A DNA stretch of 62,846 bases, the filler included. It is 5 parts of 5 records of this genome, joined end to end, with 100 filler letters (N's around TTAATTAATTAA, not from the genome) between each part and the next. Parts side by side here need not be neighbours in the genome. Positions count along the whole stretch, not along the records: positions 12,310 to 27,484 come from DRR723986_8993; positions 27,585 to 40,795 come from DRR723986_9002; 3 more parts are not named here. One strand, 5' to 3'. This document shows positions 16,984 to 27,850 of this stretch, piece by piece. Within the stretch, counting starts at the first letter, position 1. Each line of letters opens with the position of its first letter. The translations under genes were made by a program, and so were the position numbers. The notes below the pieces were generated by a model that made no database searches, was not told where the DNA came from, and saw only the letters and a program-made list of their open reading frames with translations.

Positions 16984-18879
16984 TCAGTTCAAACTGATCT
17001 TCGCCGCTTTCAGGTCGATGGTCGTGCCCTGCACACTGATACTGGTGCCTTTGATCGAGATCGCGCCGGAGGCTTCCATGGTAAGGCTGGCGGCTCCTGT
17101 TTTCAGGGTGATGCTCTGTCCGGCATCAATCGTAATCGCCTTACCTGCGGTGGTTGCCTGGTTACCGGTAATATTGATGGTCTGGTTGTTTTTGACCGTC
17201 AGCGTATCGTTGTTGCCAACCGTTGTGGTTCGGTCATTCTTAACGTCATCGGTCTGGTTATTCTTGACCGTGAGGGTGTCGTCATTGCCAATGGTGGTTG
17301 TGCGGTCGTTCTTGACGTCATCTGTCTGGTCGTGTTCAACCGTCAGGGTGTGGTCTTTTTCCGCATGCATCAGGAACAGCTCTTTGCCGATGGTGTCGTC
17401 AAAGCTGATCTCGTTGTAATTGGCACCGCCACCCTTTGTGGTCGAGCGTGTCTTGAACCCGGAAATATTCTTCTTCGACAGCGGCTCATACGGCATCTTG
17501 TTCTTGCCGTTATAAACCGAGCCCGTAATCAGCGGCAGATCGGGATCCCCACTGAGGAACTCAACCAACACTTCCTGACCTTCCCGGGGGATGAACTGGG
17601 CTCCCCACTGCTCCCCCGCCCAGGACTGGGCGACCCGGATCCAGCAAGAGCTTTTCTGGTCGTACTTTCCTTCGCGATCCCAATGGAACTGAACTTTTAT
17701 CCGCCCATGTTCATCCACGTATATTTCTTCACCGGGGGCACAGGTAACTGTGGCAGTCTGCAACCCCGGAACCATCGGTTTGGGCAGTTTTCGGGGGACA
17801 TAGGGTGCGTTGGTTGGAATGCAACGGAAACTGTTGGTGTAAAAATAGTTGCCCATGGAAGGCTGGTTATCCGCATTCAGCGGCACCGACGCTTCAATCG
17901 AAATCTCGGTGATCACAAACTCGTTGTGGGGTGGAATCTCATCTTCATGTTCTTTGAATGAAAAGGTGTGCCCGACACCAAAGGATCGGTAGTCCGACAC
18001 GGCACGATAACTCTCCGATTCCTGGGCAATACCTTTCAGATGCAATGCAGCCAGGCTGGCACCATCTTTGATAGGGCGATCTTCACCGAAATACCCGAAC
18101 AGCTCCCGGGAACCAAACGGGCCGCCAGGCACCTTTTCGCTGCTGCTGTCCTTGATTTTCTGCTTCGGAACTTCAAAATCGAAACCATGCTCGATAATTG
18201 AGTTGGCGGTCGCCTTGAAACCGGCATACCAACTGGAGATATGCGCAGTGCCCGTTGGCCGTGAACAGAAGACAACAGACCCCTCAACGGCTTTGGTCCA
18301 GGCCTTCTCATGATCGGTGATCACCATGGTATGAGAGCCACTGGAATGCAGGAAATAGAAACACAAGCCTTCGTGGGCCAGCAGGCGACATACAAAGTCC
18401 CAGTCGGTCTCGTTGTACTGCACGCAGTATCGATAGGTATACAGACCTTTTTTCAGCTTCCAGCTGAACGCGACGCCATGTTCGCCCAGTATGGTCTCAA
18501 CAATCTTCTTGACCGTTTTGTCCTGGAATATCCGACAATTGGTACGGTTGGCTGCAGACCAGGCTCGAGGCACAATAATCGCCTCGTAACGCTGCCCATC
18601 GCTATTATGGATAGGCTTCCCTAACTCCCACATGCTCAGAAAATGGCCGTGAAAATGTTTTTCACCACCACCGTCTTTCGAGCCCACTTTCAGACTGACG
18701 GTTACACCCTCGCCAATATGCTTTTTCATATCTGGAATACGCTGGTTGGCCGTAAATCCGACACGAATCTCGAAAAGACGAGATATGCCTTCCCGAACGT
18801 TCAGACGCTCCAGAACTAGTGCGTCTTTGCCGAGAGAACTGTGAATCTGAAGAAAGTGGTGCTGAAGTTCCTTACCCAT
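16984..18879 (-). CDS. vgrG: T6SS spike protein VgrG
   Basis: YCVQYNETDWDFVCRLL, GRIKVQFHWDR, SCWIRVAQSWAG..WG..FIPREGQEV, and a gp5-like beta-repeat C-terminus. Confidence 0.97.
   Translation of the reverse strand: MGKELQHHFLQIHSSLGKDALVLERLNVREGISRLFEIRVGFTANQRIPDMKKHIGEGVTVSLKVGSKDGGGEKHFHGHFLSMWELGKPIHNSDGQRYEAIIVPRAWSAANRTNCRIFQDKTVKKIVETILGEHGVAFSWKLKKGLYTYRYCVQYNETDWDFVCRLLAHEGLCFYFLHSSGSHTMVITDHEKAWTKAVEGSVVFCSRPTGTAHISSWYAGFKATANSIIEHGFDFEVPKQKIKDSSSEKVPGGPFGSRELFGYFGEDRPIKDGASLAALHLKGIAQESESYRAVSDYRSFGVGHTFSFKEHEDEIPPHNEFVITEISIEASVPLNADNQPSMGNYFYTNSFRCIPTNAPYVPRKLPKPMVPGLQTATVTCAPGEEIYVDEHGRIKVQFHWDREGKYDQKSSCWIRVAQSWAGEQWGAQFIPREGQEVLVEFLSGDPDLPLITGSVYNGKNKMPYEPLSKKNISGFKTRSTTKGGGANYNEISFDDTIGKELFLMHAEKDHTLTVEHDQTDDVKNDRTTTIGNDDTLTVKNNQTDDVKNDRTTTVGNNDTLTVKNNQTINITGNQATTAGKAITIDAGQSITLKTGAASLTMEASGAISIKGTSISVQGTTIDLKAAKISLN
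17179..17322 (-). repeat. Two tandem 72-bp (24-aa) repeats in the VgrG spike
   Basis: DDVKNDRTTT[I/V]GN[D/N]DTLTVKNNQT occurs twice. Confidence 0.9.
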
Positions 18880-18918
18880 GAATCGCCGCGCCTTCCTGGT
18901 TTCGGTAATAGGAAATGA

Positions 18919-18945
18919 CAGAGGAAACCACTCGGGTTCCCTCTG
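18919..18945 (-). terminator. Hairpin between hcp and vgrG
   Basis: CAGAGGGAACC-CGAGT-GGTTTCCTCTG followed by TCATTT. Confidence 0.55.
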
Positions 18946-18963
18946 CGGGTTTCAGACCAGATC

Positions 18964-19443
18964 TTAGAACTGCTGGCCTTTGACACCACTGTAGCCGTAA
19001 GACTTCGGCCCTGTGATGCTGTTCTTGTCGTCAGTCGGGGTCACAGTCATCATCATTTCTGTGTAGGAAATGGTGATGGACTCTACCGGGCGGTCACCGG
19101 AAACAGAAACAGAGTAGTTAGAGATCATGGCATCGGTCAGTTCGATCTTCATGATTTCTTCAACAGCATCGCCCTGCTTGGTGATGTAGAAGGTAGCCTT
19201 CTTACCCTTGCCGATAGTGGCCTCCTTGAACAGGTCAGAGGAAGCGTTATCCTGCAGTTTGGTGATAGTGATATCGCCAAGGCGGGTTGCAGAGGCTTCA
19301 CGGTCCATTGCGGTACCGGTGTAAGAAGTGATTTCCCGGTGAACGTTAAAGTCCATCGTCAGAACAGTAATCATATCCTTGAACTGATCTGCGGTGGCTT
19401 CACCCTTGATACCTTCGTATTCCAGGTAGGTATTCGCTTGCAT
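18964..19443 (-). CDS. hcp: T6SS tube protein Hcp
   Basis: YLEYEGIKGE, ITITKLQDNASSDLF, IELTDAMISNYSVS, PVESITISY; 159 aa, upstream of vgrG. Confidence 0.95.
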   Translation of the reverse strand: MQANTYLEYEGIKGEATADQFKDMITVLTMDFNVHREITSYTGTAMDREASATRLGDITITKLQDNASSDLFKEATIGKGKKATFYITKQGDAVEEIMKIELTDAMISNYSVSVSGDRPVESITISYTEMMMTVTPTDDKNSITGPKSYGYSGVKGQQF

Positions 19444-19600
19444 GTGTATCTCCTTGCGTTTTAAGTTACGTCCTGTAACGAGGACATGGTTATCCCGGCC
19501 CCGGCCTCAAACCAGAACCTCGGATTCTTGGGTTCATGCCCAACTGTCCAGACAGCAATACAAAGGGGAATGTGTTTTCACTCTTGTGCAGTCCCTGGCA

Positions 19601-20092
19601 TTATGCGCGCCGTTTCGGACACACCGCAGCATTTACAAACTCTGCAGGTGATTCGAGATAATCGACTGAAACATAATCCAACTTCCAGCGTTCCTGCTCC
19701 CTTCCAAACTCCATCTTGATAACAGCTGGTCTATCAAATCGATCAAATCCATTCAGCGTGAGGCAACCAAAGTTACCATCACGCAGCTCGAAATGGTTTT
19801 CCTGTTTTACTAATATACTTGGCAAATCTGACAATACCGGGAAATAATCCGGGAAATCGGAATAATGCTTGATTTTCCGATTTTTCATCGATCGGGTTAA
19901 CAAGTCTTCGACAATATAGCTGTAGTCACGGACCTGAACTTTATGTGAATACAAATCATACGTGTCATACAAAGTGTCCCTTTTATGATGATTTGCACAT
20001 CCAGTGGCCAATATTACCAGTAGTGGCAGAATTATAAACGGTGTGGACAAACAAATTCTATCCAGGGTTAAAGACCACACCGTGTGTTTCAT
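19601..20092 (-). CDS. Hypothetical lipoprotein
   Basis: Hydrophobic stretch ending in the lipobox-like LATGC; DNA visibly more AT-rich than its neighbours. Confidence 0.6.
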   Translation of the reverse strand: MKHTVWSLTLDRICLSTPFIILPLLVILATGCANHHKRDTLYDTYDLYSHKVQVRDYSYIVEDLLTRSMKNRKIKHYSDFPDYFPVLSDLPSILVKQENHFELRDGNFGCLTLNGFDRFDRPAVIKMEFGREQERWKLDYVSVDYLESPAEFVNAAVCPKRRA

Positions 20093-20112
20093 TAGAAGCT
20101 CCCTGGCACCGG

Positions 20113-22698
20113 TTAATTAGTAATCGCAAACTGATTATCCATCACACCAACGTGCATACGCTCTGGTTTTTCATTTACAGATATCGCTTTTAGCAACGTA
20201 TCTGACAGCATGGGTAATATGTCTCGCTGGATGGTCTGCTGAATATTGCGCGCGCCGGTGCTGGACTGATGTCCACTATCCGCAACCAGCCTGATCACAC
20301 TTTCATCGTATTCCAGCACTAAGCCATGTTGCCTCTGCATTCTTTGGCAAACTCTATCGAGTTGCATTCGTGCAATAGACTGAAGTTGCTCCTGACCCAA
20401 CGGTCGATAAGGCAACACCACAGTTCGGCCAAGAAAGGCTGGCTTGAAGGTTGCCAGCAAATTATCCCAGATAGCATCTTTGATTGCTGTCGGTTCAGGC
20501 GCGGTCAATTCGTCGACGTAGAGGTCTGAAATATGCTCTGAAGCAGCATTTGAGGTCATCAACAAAACAGTATTTCGGAAATCAACGTCTCGTCCCTCTC
20601 CGTCGCGCAGGGAGCCTTTATCAAACACCTGATAGAAAATGTCCTGAACTCCCGGGTGAGCCTTTTCCATCTCATCTAACAGGATTACGCTATAGGGTTT
20701 GCGACGAACCGCTTCGGTAAGAACACCGCCCTCGCCATAACCAACATAGCCCGGTGGCGAACCCACCAGTTGCGAGACCTTGTGCTCCTCCTTGAACTCG
20801 GACATGTTGATAACGGTCATGTTCTGCTCACTGCCGTATACTTGTTCCGCCAGCGCCATGGCCGTTTCTGTTTTGCCCACGCCACTCGGACCTACAAGCA
20901 GGAACACCCCGAGGGGCTTCTTCTCATCCGCCAGCTCCGCGCGGGCAACTTTGATAGTGCGGGCGATTTCATCCAGCGCGTGATCCTGGCCGGTGACCCG
21001 CTCTTTCAGAGTTTGCGCCAGGCTCAGGATACCCGCCACTTCATTAGACTGCATCCGGCCAAGAGGAATGCCGGTCCAGTCAGAAAGAACCTCAGAAACC
21101 AGCTGGGTATCTACCTGCCAATGCACCATCACCTGTTCGCGCTCTGACAGAGTCGTGCGGATTTCATTCAGGCGAAGCTTGTCGTCATCGTTCTCGGTTT
21201 CAAGCAAGGCACGACTGATTCCCGCCGCTTCCTGTACCAGGTCTTTTTCACTGGCCCACTCAGCCTCAAGTTGTTGCTGTTCCTCTTTGGCCAGGTGCAA
21301 ACGGGTGTTCAAATCATCCTGACGGGAAGCATGCTCAAGACCAAATCGTGATTCCCGCGACAACAGAGCCAACTCCTGCTCAAGGCCCTCAACTTCCGCT
21401 CTGAGCCGCTCCACCTGAGACGGCACACTTGCCTGACTCATAGCAACGCGGGCGCATGCCGTGTCCAGCAGGGCCACGGCTTTATCCGGCAGCTGACGGC
21501 TTGCCAGAAAGCGCGTTGACAGCACAACAGCTGTCTTCAGAGCTTCATCTGCAATCTGCACGCCATGGTGGGCTTCGAGTGTAGGCACCAATCCCCGCAG
21601 GATCTGTATGGCCGTTTGTTCATCCGGCTCATCAACTTTCACAACCTGAAAACGGCGGGTAAGGGCAGCGTCTTTTTCAAAGAACTTCCGGTACTCGGCC
21701 CAGGTGGTTGCGGCTATGGTGCGCAGTTCACCCCTGGCCAGAGCAGGCTTGAGCAGGTTAGCAGCATCATTCTGGCCAGCTTGACCACCGGCTCCCACCA
21801 TATTGTGGGCCTCGTCAATAAACAGAATAACAGGACGTGGCGACGACTTTACTTCGTCAATAACACCCTTAAGCCGATTCTCGAACTCACCTTTCACACC
21901 AGCGCCCGCCTGCAGGAGAGCCAGATCGAGTGTTAACAGACGTGCAGGCTTAAGCGCGTCTGGTACATTGCCTTCAACTATACGTCGGGCCAGGCCCTCA
22001 ACCACTGCGGTCTTTCCCACACCGGCCTCACCAGTCAGAATCGGATTGTTCTGACGGCGGCGGCTCAGGATATCAATAACCTGCCGGATCTCGTCATCCC
22101 GGCCGATGACTGGGTCGAGCTCTCCAGCTTCGGCCTGGGCAGTGAGGTCAATGGTGTACTTTGCCAGGTGCTGTTCCTTACCGGGCTTGGCCTTTGCAGA
22201 CCCGCTCGACACCGCAGGTGTCTGTTCCAGGCTAGCACGGATTGCCTGCCAGTTGGCCAGCAGGCCGGCAGGGTCCAGGCCGTTCAGTTCCCCGGCATGG
22301 CGAGTTACCAGCGCAGCCATGGCAGGGTCGTTGAGCATGCTGTACAGGAGGGTTGCGCCGCGCATTGCCGGCTCGGCGAACTCAATGGAGGTATCCAGCC
22401 AGCACTGACGGAACAGATCCACCAGACGCGGCGCAAGACTGGGCGTGGCGCCACTGCCAGTGCGGAACGTTTCCAGCCCCTGCTCAAGCTGGCTGTCCAG
22501 TCTTGAAACATCCAGATTGAAAAACTCAAAGATACCAGCAAGATCCGGATCTTCGGTACGAATCATGCTTTTCAGCAGATGTTCAGGTTCAACGGTGTGA
22601 TGTGTTCTCTGAAAACAGAGACCAACGGCGGTTTCCAGTGATTCTTTACTGGCATCATTCAACTTTTCGACCAGAGACTTGAGTGTCATTGACGACAT
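20113..22698 (-). CDS. clpV: T6SS AAA+ ATPase ClpV/TssH
   Basis: Two Walker A motifs ([16 protein letters not shown]), [30 protein letters not shown]6SS context. Confidence 0.97.
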   Translation of the reverse strand: MSSMTLKSLVEKLNDASKESLETAVGLCFQRTHHTVEPEHLLKSMIRTEDPDLAGIFEFFNLDVSRLDSQLEQGLETFRTGSGATPSLAPRLVDLFRQCWLDTSIEFAEPAMRGATLLYSMLNDPAMAALVTRHAGELNGLDPAGLLANWQAIRASLEQTPAVSSGSAKAKPGKEQHLAKYTIDLTAQAEAGELDPVIGRDDEIRQVIDILSRRRQNNPILTGEAGVGKTAVVEGLARRIVEGNVPDALKPARLLTLDLALLQAGAGVKGEFENRLKGVIDEVKSSPRPVILFIDEAHNMVGAGGQAGQNDAANLLKPALARGELRTIAATTWAEYRKFFEKDAALTRRFQVVKVDEPDEQTAIQILRGLVPTLEAHHGVQIADEALKTAVVLSTRFLASRQLPDKAVALLDTACARVAMSQASVPSQVERLRAEVEGLEQELALLSRESRFGLEHASRQDDLNTRLHLAKEEQQQLEAEWASEKDLVQEAAGISRALLETENDDDKLRLNEIRTTLSEREQVMVHWQVDTQLVSEVLSDWTGIPLGRMQSNEVAGILSLAQTLKERVTGQDHALDEIARTIKVARAELADEKKPLGVFLLVGPSGVGKTETAMALAEQVYGSEQNMTVINMSEFKEEHKVSQLVGSPPGYVGYGEGGVLTEAVRRKPYSVILLDEMEKAHPGVQDIFYQVFDKGSLRDGEGRDVDFRNTVLLMTSNAASEHISDLYVDELTAPEPTAIKDAIWDNLLATFKPAFLGRTVVLPYRPLGQEQLQSIARMQLDRVCQRMQRQHGLVLEYDESVIRLVADSGHQSSTGARNIQQTIQRDILPMLSDTLLKAISVNEKPERMHVGVMDNQFAITN

Positions 22699-22702
22699 GC
22701 AA

Positions 22703-23668
22703 TCAATCCTTTCCTTGGCTGGGTTTGAAGCTGACCTCGACCATCCTGTTTGACTCTGGCCGGGCCCCGATAAAACTATCCGCTCCCAGGCGCCCCCGAC
22801 GCCCGAGAACTGTGTGCGTCAGATGCGCCGCCCGGGCCGACAACCGATAGCGCACTCGCATGTGACCACTGACCAGCCGGTGGGTGATGGCTGAAACGGC
22901 GTTACTAAAAGCGCCACCGGGCAAAACGGAAACCAGTGCTGACTGCGATTTCGGACTGAAGACGACATCCAGCCCCTTATCCGCCATCCAGACCCGGCTG
23001 CCCAACATGGCATTGCCGAGCCTCGCATGCTGCCCCATGGGCTGCGATACCCCCGGAAGCCTTGACTGATCCTCCTCGGCCAACGCGGCCCACTCGCCAC
23101 GCAAGGTGCGGATCTGGACCGACATCCCCGTAATGTCTTCCAGCAGCGACCGTAGAGTACTGGCAGAACGGGCACGTCGTGCAAACGCGGCGCCGTAATA
23201 CAGCTGCCAACTTTGCTCACAACCGGTCAAGGCTTTGAGAATGTGAGTAAAATCATCGTTGCCCGTACGCTCCTGCTGCACCGCTGGCTGCGTTTTCTCC
23301 CAGCTGCGATAGAACAGAGAGATCAATCGGTGGTTGAACATATCCAGAAAGTCTCGAGTGGCCGGAGACTTCTCCCGAATTTGTTCAAGAACCCTTTCGG
23401 TAAAGCAGGCAGGCAGAGCACCACGGGCACCGGTGAGCCCCATCACATCAACAAGGATGTCATACAAAACCAAACCGTCATCGGCACGCCGGGTTGTCAT
23501 TCGGACAATATCCTGGCCCGCGAAGCCGAGATTCTGACTGGAGCGAAAGCGCACCACTTCCTTTTCTGGCCAGCCATCATGGCCTACCCGGTGGTACGCC
23601 GGATGACTGTTGATCAGCTGGCGTTCGGCTGCCCAGACGGCACGAAAGAGGGTGGTTGGCGTACCCAT
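22703..23668 (-). CDS. tssG: T6SS baseplate subunit TssG
   Basis: MGLTGARGALP, RDFLDMFNHRLISLFYRSWEK. Confidence 0.93.
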   Translation of the reverse strand: MGTPTTLFRAVWAAERQLINSHPAYHRVGHDGWPEKEVVRFRSSQNLGFAGQDIVRMTTRRADDGLVLYDILVDVMGLTGARGALPACFTERVLEQIREKSPATRDFLDMFNHRLISLFYRSWEKTQPAVQQERTGNDDFTHILKALTGCEQSWQLYYGAAFARRARSASTLRSLLEDITGMSVQIRTLRGEWAALAEEDQSRLPGVSQPMGQHARLGNAMLGSRVWMADKGLDVVFSPKSQSALVSVLPGGAFSNAVSAITHRLVSGHMRVRYRLSARAAHLTHTVLGRRGRLGADSFIGARPESNRMVEVSFKPSQGKD

Positions 23669-25482
23669 CAAAGCAACTCCCGCTCACCCGACCTGGCCGG
23701 CCACAAACAATAGTCCTGATGATGACCGCTCAGGCGAATCCGAACGCGGGTGAAAGTATTGATCTGTGCAAACTGCGCGAAGAAGCGGTCAAGAATGGCG
23801 GAAAACAGATAAATACTCGTACCTGCATAACTCGGTCTTGAAAAGGTAATACAGATTTCAGTGCCCTGGCAGACTCCGCTGTGTACACCTTTGCCAATCC
23901 TTGCAGCAATACGACGACTGACCACTTTCTCGATACCCTCGATTAAAGCTTCTGTTTCCGGGGTATGACGGAAATCATGCAACTTCAGCACAGACTTCAG
24001 CCTATCCAGAGCGTCGTTGCCCGTGAAGTGCTCAAGATTCAACTGCTGAATGAACTCCCAGCGAGCCCCATCCGAAAGATCCGGACGGGTGGTTGGCGTA
24101 GGCGGAACCAACGCTACGGCGTTTTCCACCAAGGGTTCCCCAACCGCTCTGAAACGCGGCTCTCCACCCCCGAATGGCAGACGCTCCGGGATATTGCGGT
24201 TGCAGCACCAGGCATTCACCATAAGAATCTCGCCATTGGGCAGATCTTCCAGGGACCTCGGATTAGAGCGCCTGTCCACCAGGGTCAGGCAGGTTTCAAA
24301 ACCCGGCTCGTGTTGCCCTCCGGCCCAGGTGGCCTCGCGCCGTTCAAGGTGCCAGAACACATCCAGGCCAGACTGCCAGCGGGGATGTCCCAATCCGTAG
24401 AACGGTGCCATCTCCCGCACGCTCTCATTCTCGACCAGGCTTGCGGATTCAACACTGACCACCTCGTAGGTATCGGCCCCCCGAAAGCGTGAGATCAACC
24501 GGTGCTCATGGCTGGAACCATCGTTGGCGACCGGCTCCAGGGATTCGTCGAACACGTTGACCGCGGGGACACACCACAGGCGCATGTGTTCCGGTACAAA
24601 GCTCTTCTCCTGTTCGTTCGAGGTTTCCCCCAGATACACAAATAGATCGACCTCGGTATGTTCCGGCCATTGCCCGTCCAACCCGGCAAATTCGGCAAAC
24701 AGGAACTTCTCCTGAAACAGGAAAAACTCAACCAGAAGCTGGAACCCATCGAAACTACGCTTGCTGTAGGGCACCAACGCATCATCCGGTGAAAACCCGA
24801 CCGGATTGATGTATTTCCGGGGGTAAAAACGCAACTGCCGGGCATCGTTGGTGGGTGCCACAGCAAAACCGAGTCCGGCTCGGTGGATCAGGTCATACAG
24901 CTCGTTGCTGAGATGTGTCTGACCATGCAGGTAGAACCTAAGCGCCGGCAGGTTAATGTCACTGAACGGCAGAGTTGATCGAAGCCGAAGCTTGATAAGA
25001 CTGCGCGCGCCCTCTGTGCCAGCCGGTCTGGGGGCATCAAACGGGGCGTTCTCGAAGTGTGCAGACACCACCTCGACCGGAGCCAGATGCTGAGTGGCCG
25101 GTGACCTGAACTCACACGTGGGCAGACCCTCAACAAGGGTTTCGTACCGCTGCTGCCGGTCAAGCGTCGCACAATGCGTCTGGGACGGCCCCGCGCTGAG
25201 CTGCAGGATAGTCATGGACGGAATCGGCGCAAGATAATCCGGAAACAGGCTGCCCATAAGAATGTTGGTCAACTCAGGAAAGTGCCCGTCAAGACGCTGA
25301 CGAATCTGCGCCGTAAGAAAGGCAACACCCTCCAACAATCGCGAAACGTGTGGGTCCTCGACAGACTCATCGCTCACCCGAAGATTACCGGCCACCTTGG
25401 GGTAAGCCTTTGCAAACTCGGCACCCTGGCGCCGCAGGTAAGCCAGCTCGCGATTGTAATACTGGAGGAGTTCATCACTCAT
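23668..25482 (-). CDS. tssF: T6SS baseplate subunit TssF
   Basis: YYNRELAYLR..GAEFA, DPHVSRLLEGVAFL, C-terminal QINTF..WPARSG. Confidence 0.96.
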   Translation of the reverse strand: MSDELLQYYNRELAYLRRQGAEFAKAYPKVAGNLRVSDESVEDPHVSRLLEGVAFLTAQIRQRLDGHFPELTNILMGSLFPDYLAPIPSMTILQLSAGPSQTHCATLDRQQRYETLVEGLPTCEFRSPATQHLAPVEVVSAHFENAPFDAPRPAGTEGARSLIKLRLRSTLPFSDINLPALRFYLHGQTHLSNELYDLIHRAGLGFAVAPTNDARQLRFYPRKYINPVGFSPDDALVPYSKRSFDGFQLLVEFFLFQEKFLFAEFAGLDGQWPEHTEVDLFVYLGETSNEQEKSFVPEHMRLWCVPAVNVFDESLEPVANDGSSHEHRLISRFRGADTYEVVSVESASLVENESVREMAPFYGLGHPRWQSGLDVFWHLERREATWAGGQHEPGFETCLTLVDRRSNPRSLEDLPNGEILMVNAWCCNRNIPERLPFGGGEPRFRAVGEPLVENAVALVPPTPTTRPDLSDGARWEFIQQLNLEHFTGNDALDRLKSVLKLHDFRHTPETEALIEGIEKVVSRRIAARIGKGVHSGVCQGTEICITFSRPSYAGTSIYLFSAILDRFFAQFAQINTFTRVRIRLSGHHQDYCLWPARSGERELL

Positions 25483-25934
25483 CAGGCGCACTCCTGAAGG
25501 GTCATGGACAGGTTTACAGGTTCAAGATCCGAACGAAACGCCACCGCTTCCGGTACCGGGTCCACCAACAGAATAGCGTCAATGCGAAGGCGCATGGTTC
25601 GATCCAGGGGCGCGTCACTCTCATCGGATACCACCGACACTCTGGCCAGCCTTGGCTCAAAGCGAACGATGGTTTCCCTGACTTCGTCGCACAGCCACTG
25701 CCTGGCTTCCTCGGTACCCAGATCCATCACGGTAAAGTCTGGTAAACCAAAGCCAAGCACCGATTGCTTCAATTCTCGGAGCTCTGGCGGGAGCACCAGC
25801 CAGGAGCGGCGGGTGTTCAACAGAGCCTCAAGATCACGGCGCACTGACTGACGCATGGTGGCAACGTTAGCTCGGGTGCCGGAGTCGGCGGCCAACCGAT
25901 CCAGCAGATTCATCTGTATGCGTTCGTTAGGCAT
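25482..25934 (-). CDS. tssE: T6SS baseplate subunit TssE (gp25-like)
   Basis: LLDRL, VRRDLEALLNTR, FGLPD, FEPRL. Confidence 0.93.
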   Translation of the reverse strand: MPNERIQMNLLDRLAADSGTRANVATMRQSVRRDLEALLNTRRSWLVLPPELRELKQSVLGFGLPDFTVMDLGTEEARQWLCDEVRETIVRFEPRLARVSVVSDESDAPLDRTMRLRIDAILLVDPVPEAVAFRSDLEPVNLSMTLQECA

Positions 25935-26736
25935 TCGCCGCCACCAGACGCTCTGCACGTCTCACGCTTTCAAGTCCGACTACATCGTTGCCGACAAGAA
26001 ACTGCTTCAGCCCCAGGCCGGTCACCAGTCTGGCCGAGTGCTCATGCCAATCGGTTACCCGCCCCAGCTTTTCCTGATCCGTGGTGCTGGACTGGTAGAT
26101 CAGGGGAACAAACACTTCGCCCTGCTGCCCGGACGCCAACTCGACATCCGCCCGTCGCCAGGCCAGCTCTACCGGTGAGCCTGGAGGGTGAAAATCGATG
26201 GCTTCGATCTCCGACCACCGCCACAGATAGAACTTGCCGTCTGTGCCGAGCGCTTCTAGAAATCCGCACAGACTGTCGTCGCAATCACGGATATCGCCTT
26301 CGGCGTCGCCAAGCCGAAAATCGATTTTCTCACGCTGCTCCTCCAGGCTCAGGGCAGCTGCTTCTGCTGAGTCGAGGTCACCCTCCGCCTTAGCAAGCAT
26401 AAGCGCCAACAACGCTTGTAAATCTTCGCCTTCATTTGCAACCACATCATCTGCCAGCTGCCCCTGATGAAACGCCAATCTCGCCTGCTGTGCTCGCATC
26501 AATTGTCGCAGATTGGCGGCACCCGCCAGCCAGTCCGGATGGTGCCTGGCCAAAGCCCCTAGCATCTCGTCGGCCCGCTCCAGTTCACCGGACACACACA
26601 ATAATTCGATCAGTGACGCTCTTGCCTCCGCATCACCCGGTTTGGCTCTAACCAGCTGCGCGGCCTCATTGATTGCCTTTTCCAAACTACCGCTAACGAG
26701 ATGCTGCTTGATGGCATCCATTCCCGACTCCTCCAT
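25927..26736 (-). CDS. tagJ: T6SS accessory protein TagJ/ImpE
   Basis: VRAKPGDAEAR..LIELLC..GELERA, DCDD, VFVPLIY, LGRVTDW, GLGLK. Confidence 0.88.
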   Translation of the reverse strand: MEESGMDAIKQHLVSGSLEKAINEAAQLVRAKPGDAEARASLIELLCVSGELERADEMLGALARHHPDWLAGAANLRQLMRAQQARLAFHQGQLADDVVANEGEDLQALLALMLAKAEGDLDSAEAAALSLEEQREKIDFRLGDAEGDIRDCDDSLCGFLEALGTDGKFYLWRWSEIEAIDFHPPGSPVELAWRRADVELASGQQGEVFVPLIYQSSTTDQEKLGRVTDWHEHSARLVTGLGLKQFLVGNDVVGLESVRRAERLVAANA

Positions 26737-26759
26737 TTCAGAATTTCAGGCAGATGGGC

Positions 26760-27484
26760 TCAGGCACCATCCACCGGTGAAAGTTCAGTGACCAACCGCA
26801 GCCCCGTTACCAGCTGATCAAGCTGGAAGTGGGGCTGCAGGTGCATGATTGAGTAATATTTCCCCGGCTCACCCGCCCGTGCACGAACGGTCACTTTTGC
26901 ATCGCGAAGAGGGAATCTCGAGATCAGGTCTTCAGATCCGCCTTCAGTCGCCGTGGTATAGCCGTGAATCCAGCGTTGCAGAACCGCCTCACATTCTTCC
27001 GGGGTACGGTAACCACCAATACGATCACGCCCCATCACCTTCATGTAATGCGCAAATCGAGACACACAGAGTATGTAGTGGAGCATTGATGATAGCCTTG
27101 CACTGACATCGGCTGCGGTTTTCTCGTATCGCTTGGGTTGCTGCACCGAGGGCACTGAATGAAACGCCAGCATCGCCGTATTCGGTAAAGGCACCAGCGG
27201 CAGGAAGCCCTCCTCGGCCAATGCCTTTTCCATTCGGTCGCTGATCTGCCAGTCAACCGCCTGGCGTGTCGGATGAAGCTTGCCACTCGGATTGATTCCC
27301 GCGATATCCGGCATGTTGTCAACTGTGCCATGGGCCACTCTGCCCGGCTTGTAACCCCGGATTCTGGAAAACCATCCGGACTCACAAAAAGCACGGATAG
27401 CCACCGTGCCGAAGGCGAAACAGGCCGGTCCCCAGAGATAGTCACGGTCGGTGACTTCCCGCCACTCAAGAAAACCAAAGGACT
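26760..27484 (-). CDS. tssC: T6SS sheath large subunit TssC/VipB (5' truncated)
   Basis: Frame is open to the contig edge (YLWGPACFAFG...); SRFAHYMKVMGRDRIG, LQPHFQL. Confidence 0.93.
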
Positions 27485-27584
27485 NNNNNNNNNNNNNNNN
27501 NNNNNNNNNNNNNNNNNNNNNNNNNNNNTTAATTAATTAANNNNNNNNNNNNNNNNNNNNNNNNNNNNNNNNNNNNNNNNNNNN
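27485..27584. other. Artificial contig spacer
   Basis: N-run with the TTAATTAATTAA linker. Confidence 0.99.
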
Positions 27585-27817
27585 CCCGCCGCCAGCGCAA
27601 GCGGCGCAAGGTCCACATGACAGTCTTCAAATGTGTAATGTCCGGCCAAATATCCCGGTAACATGCCTGAATAGGGCGTCTCGATGTCGCGCGAGATGAG
27701 CGTCAGCCTTACGCCTTCAGGTCGGTGCATAGCGAATTGGCGTAGCACTTCGACATGGCTATGACCACCACCGACCAACACCAGATCGTGCTCAACAGGA
27801 TGCGGGGTATTCATCAT
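27585..27817 (-). CDS. selD: FAD-dependent oxidoreductase N-terminus, probably the oxidoreductase-SelD fusion (truncated)
   Basis: DLVLVGGGHSH...PYSGMLPGYLAGHY is the N-terminus typical of fused selenophosphate synthetases; follows selABC. The SelD domain itself is not visible. Confidence 0.65.
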
Positions 27818-27850
27818 TCTGCCCGCTCCGCACCGGGTACGAAATGCGAT

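Noticed and set aside
16720-17961. 413-aa plus-strand ORF, and similar long antisense ORFs (2451-3311, 9988-10908, 58688-59788)
   Set aside because: Shadow ORFs opposite well-supported genes in GC-rich DNA, with no motifs of their own.
26760-27817. Apparent linkage of T6SS with selenocysteine genes
   Set aside because: The two are separated by an artificial spacer and belong to different contigs.
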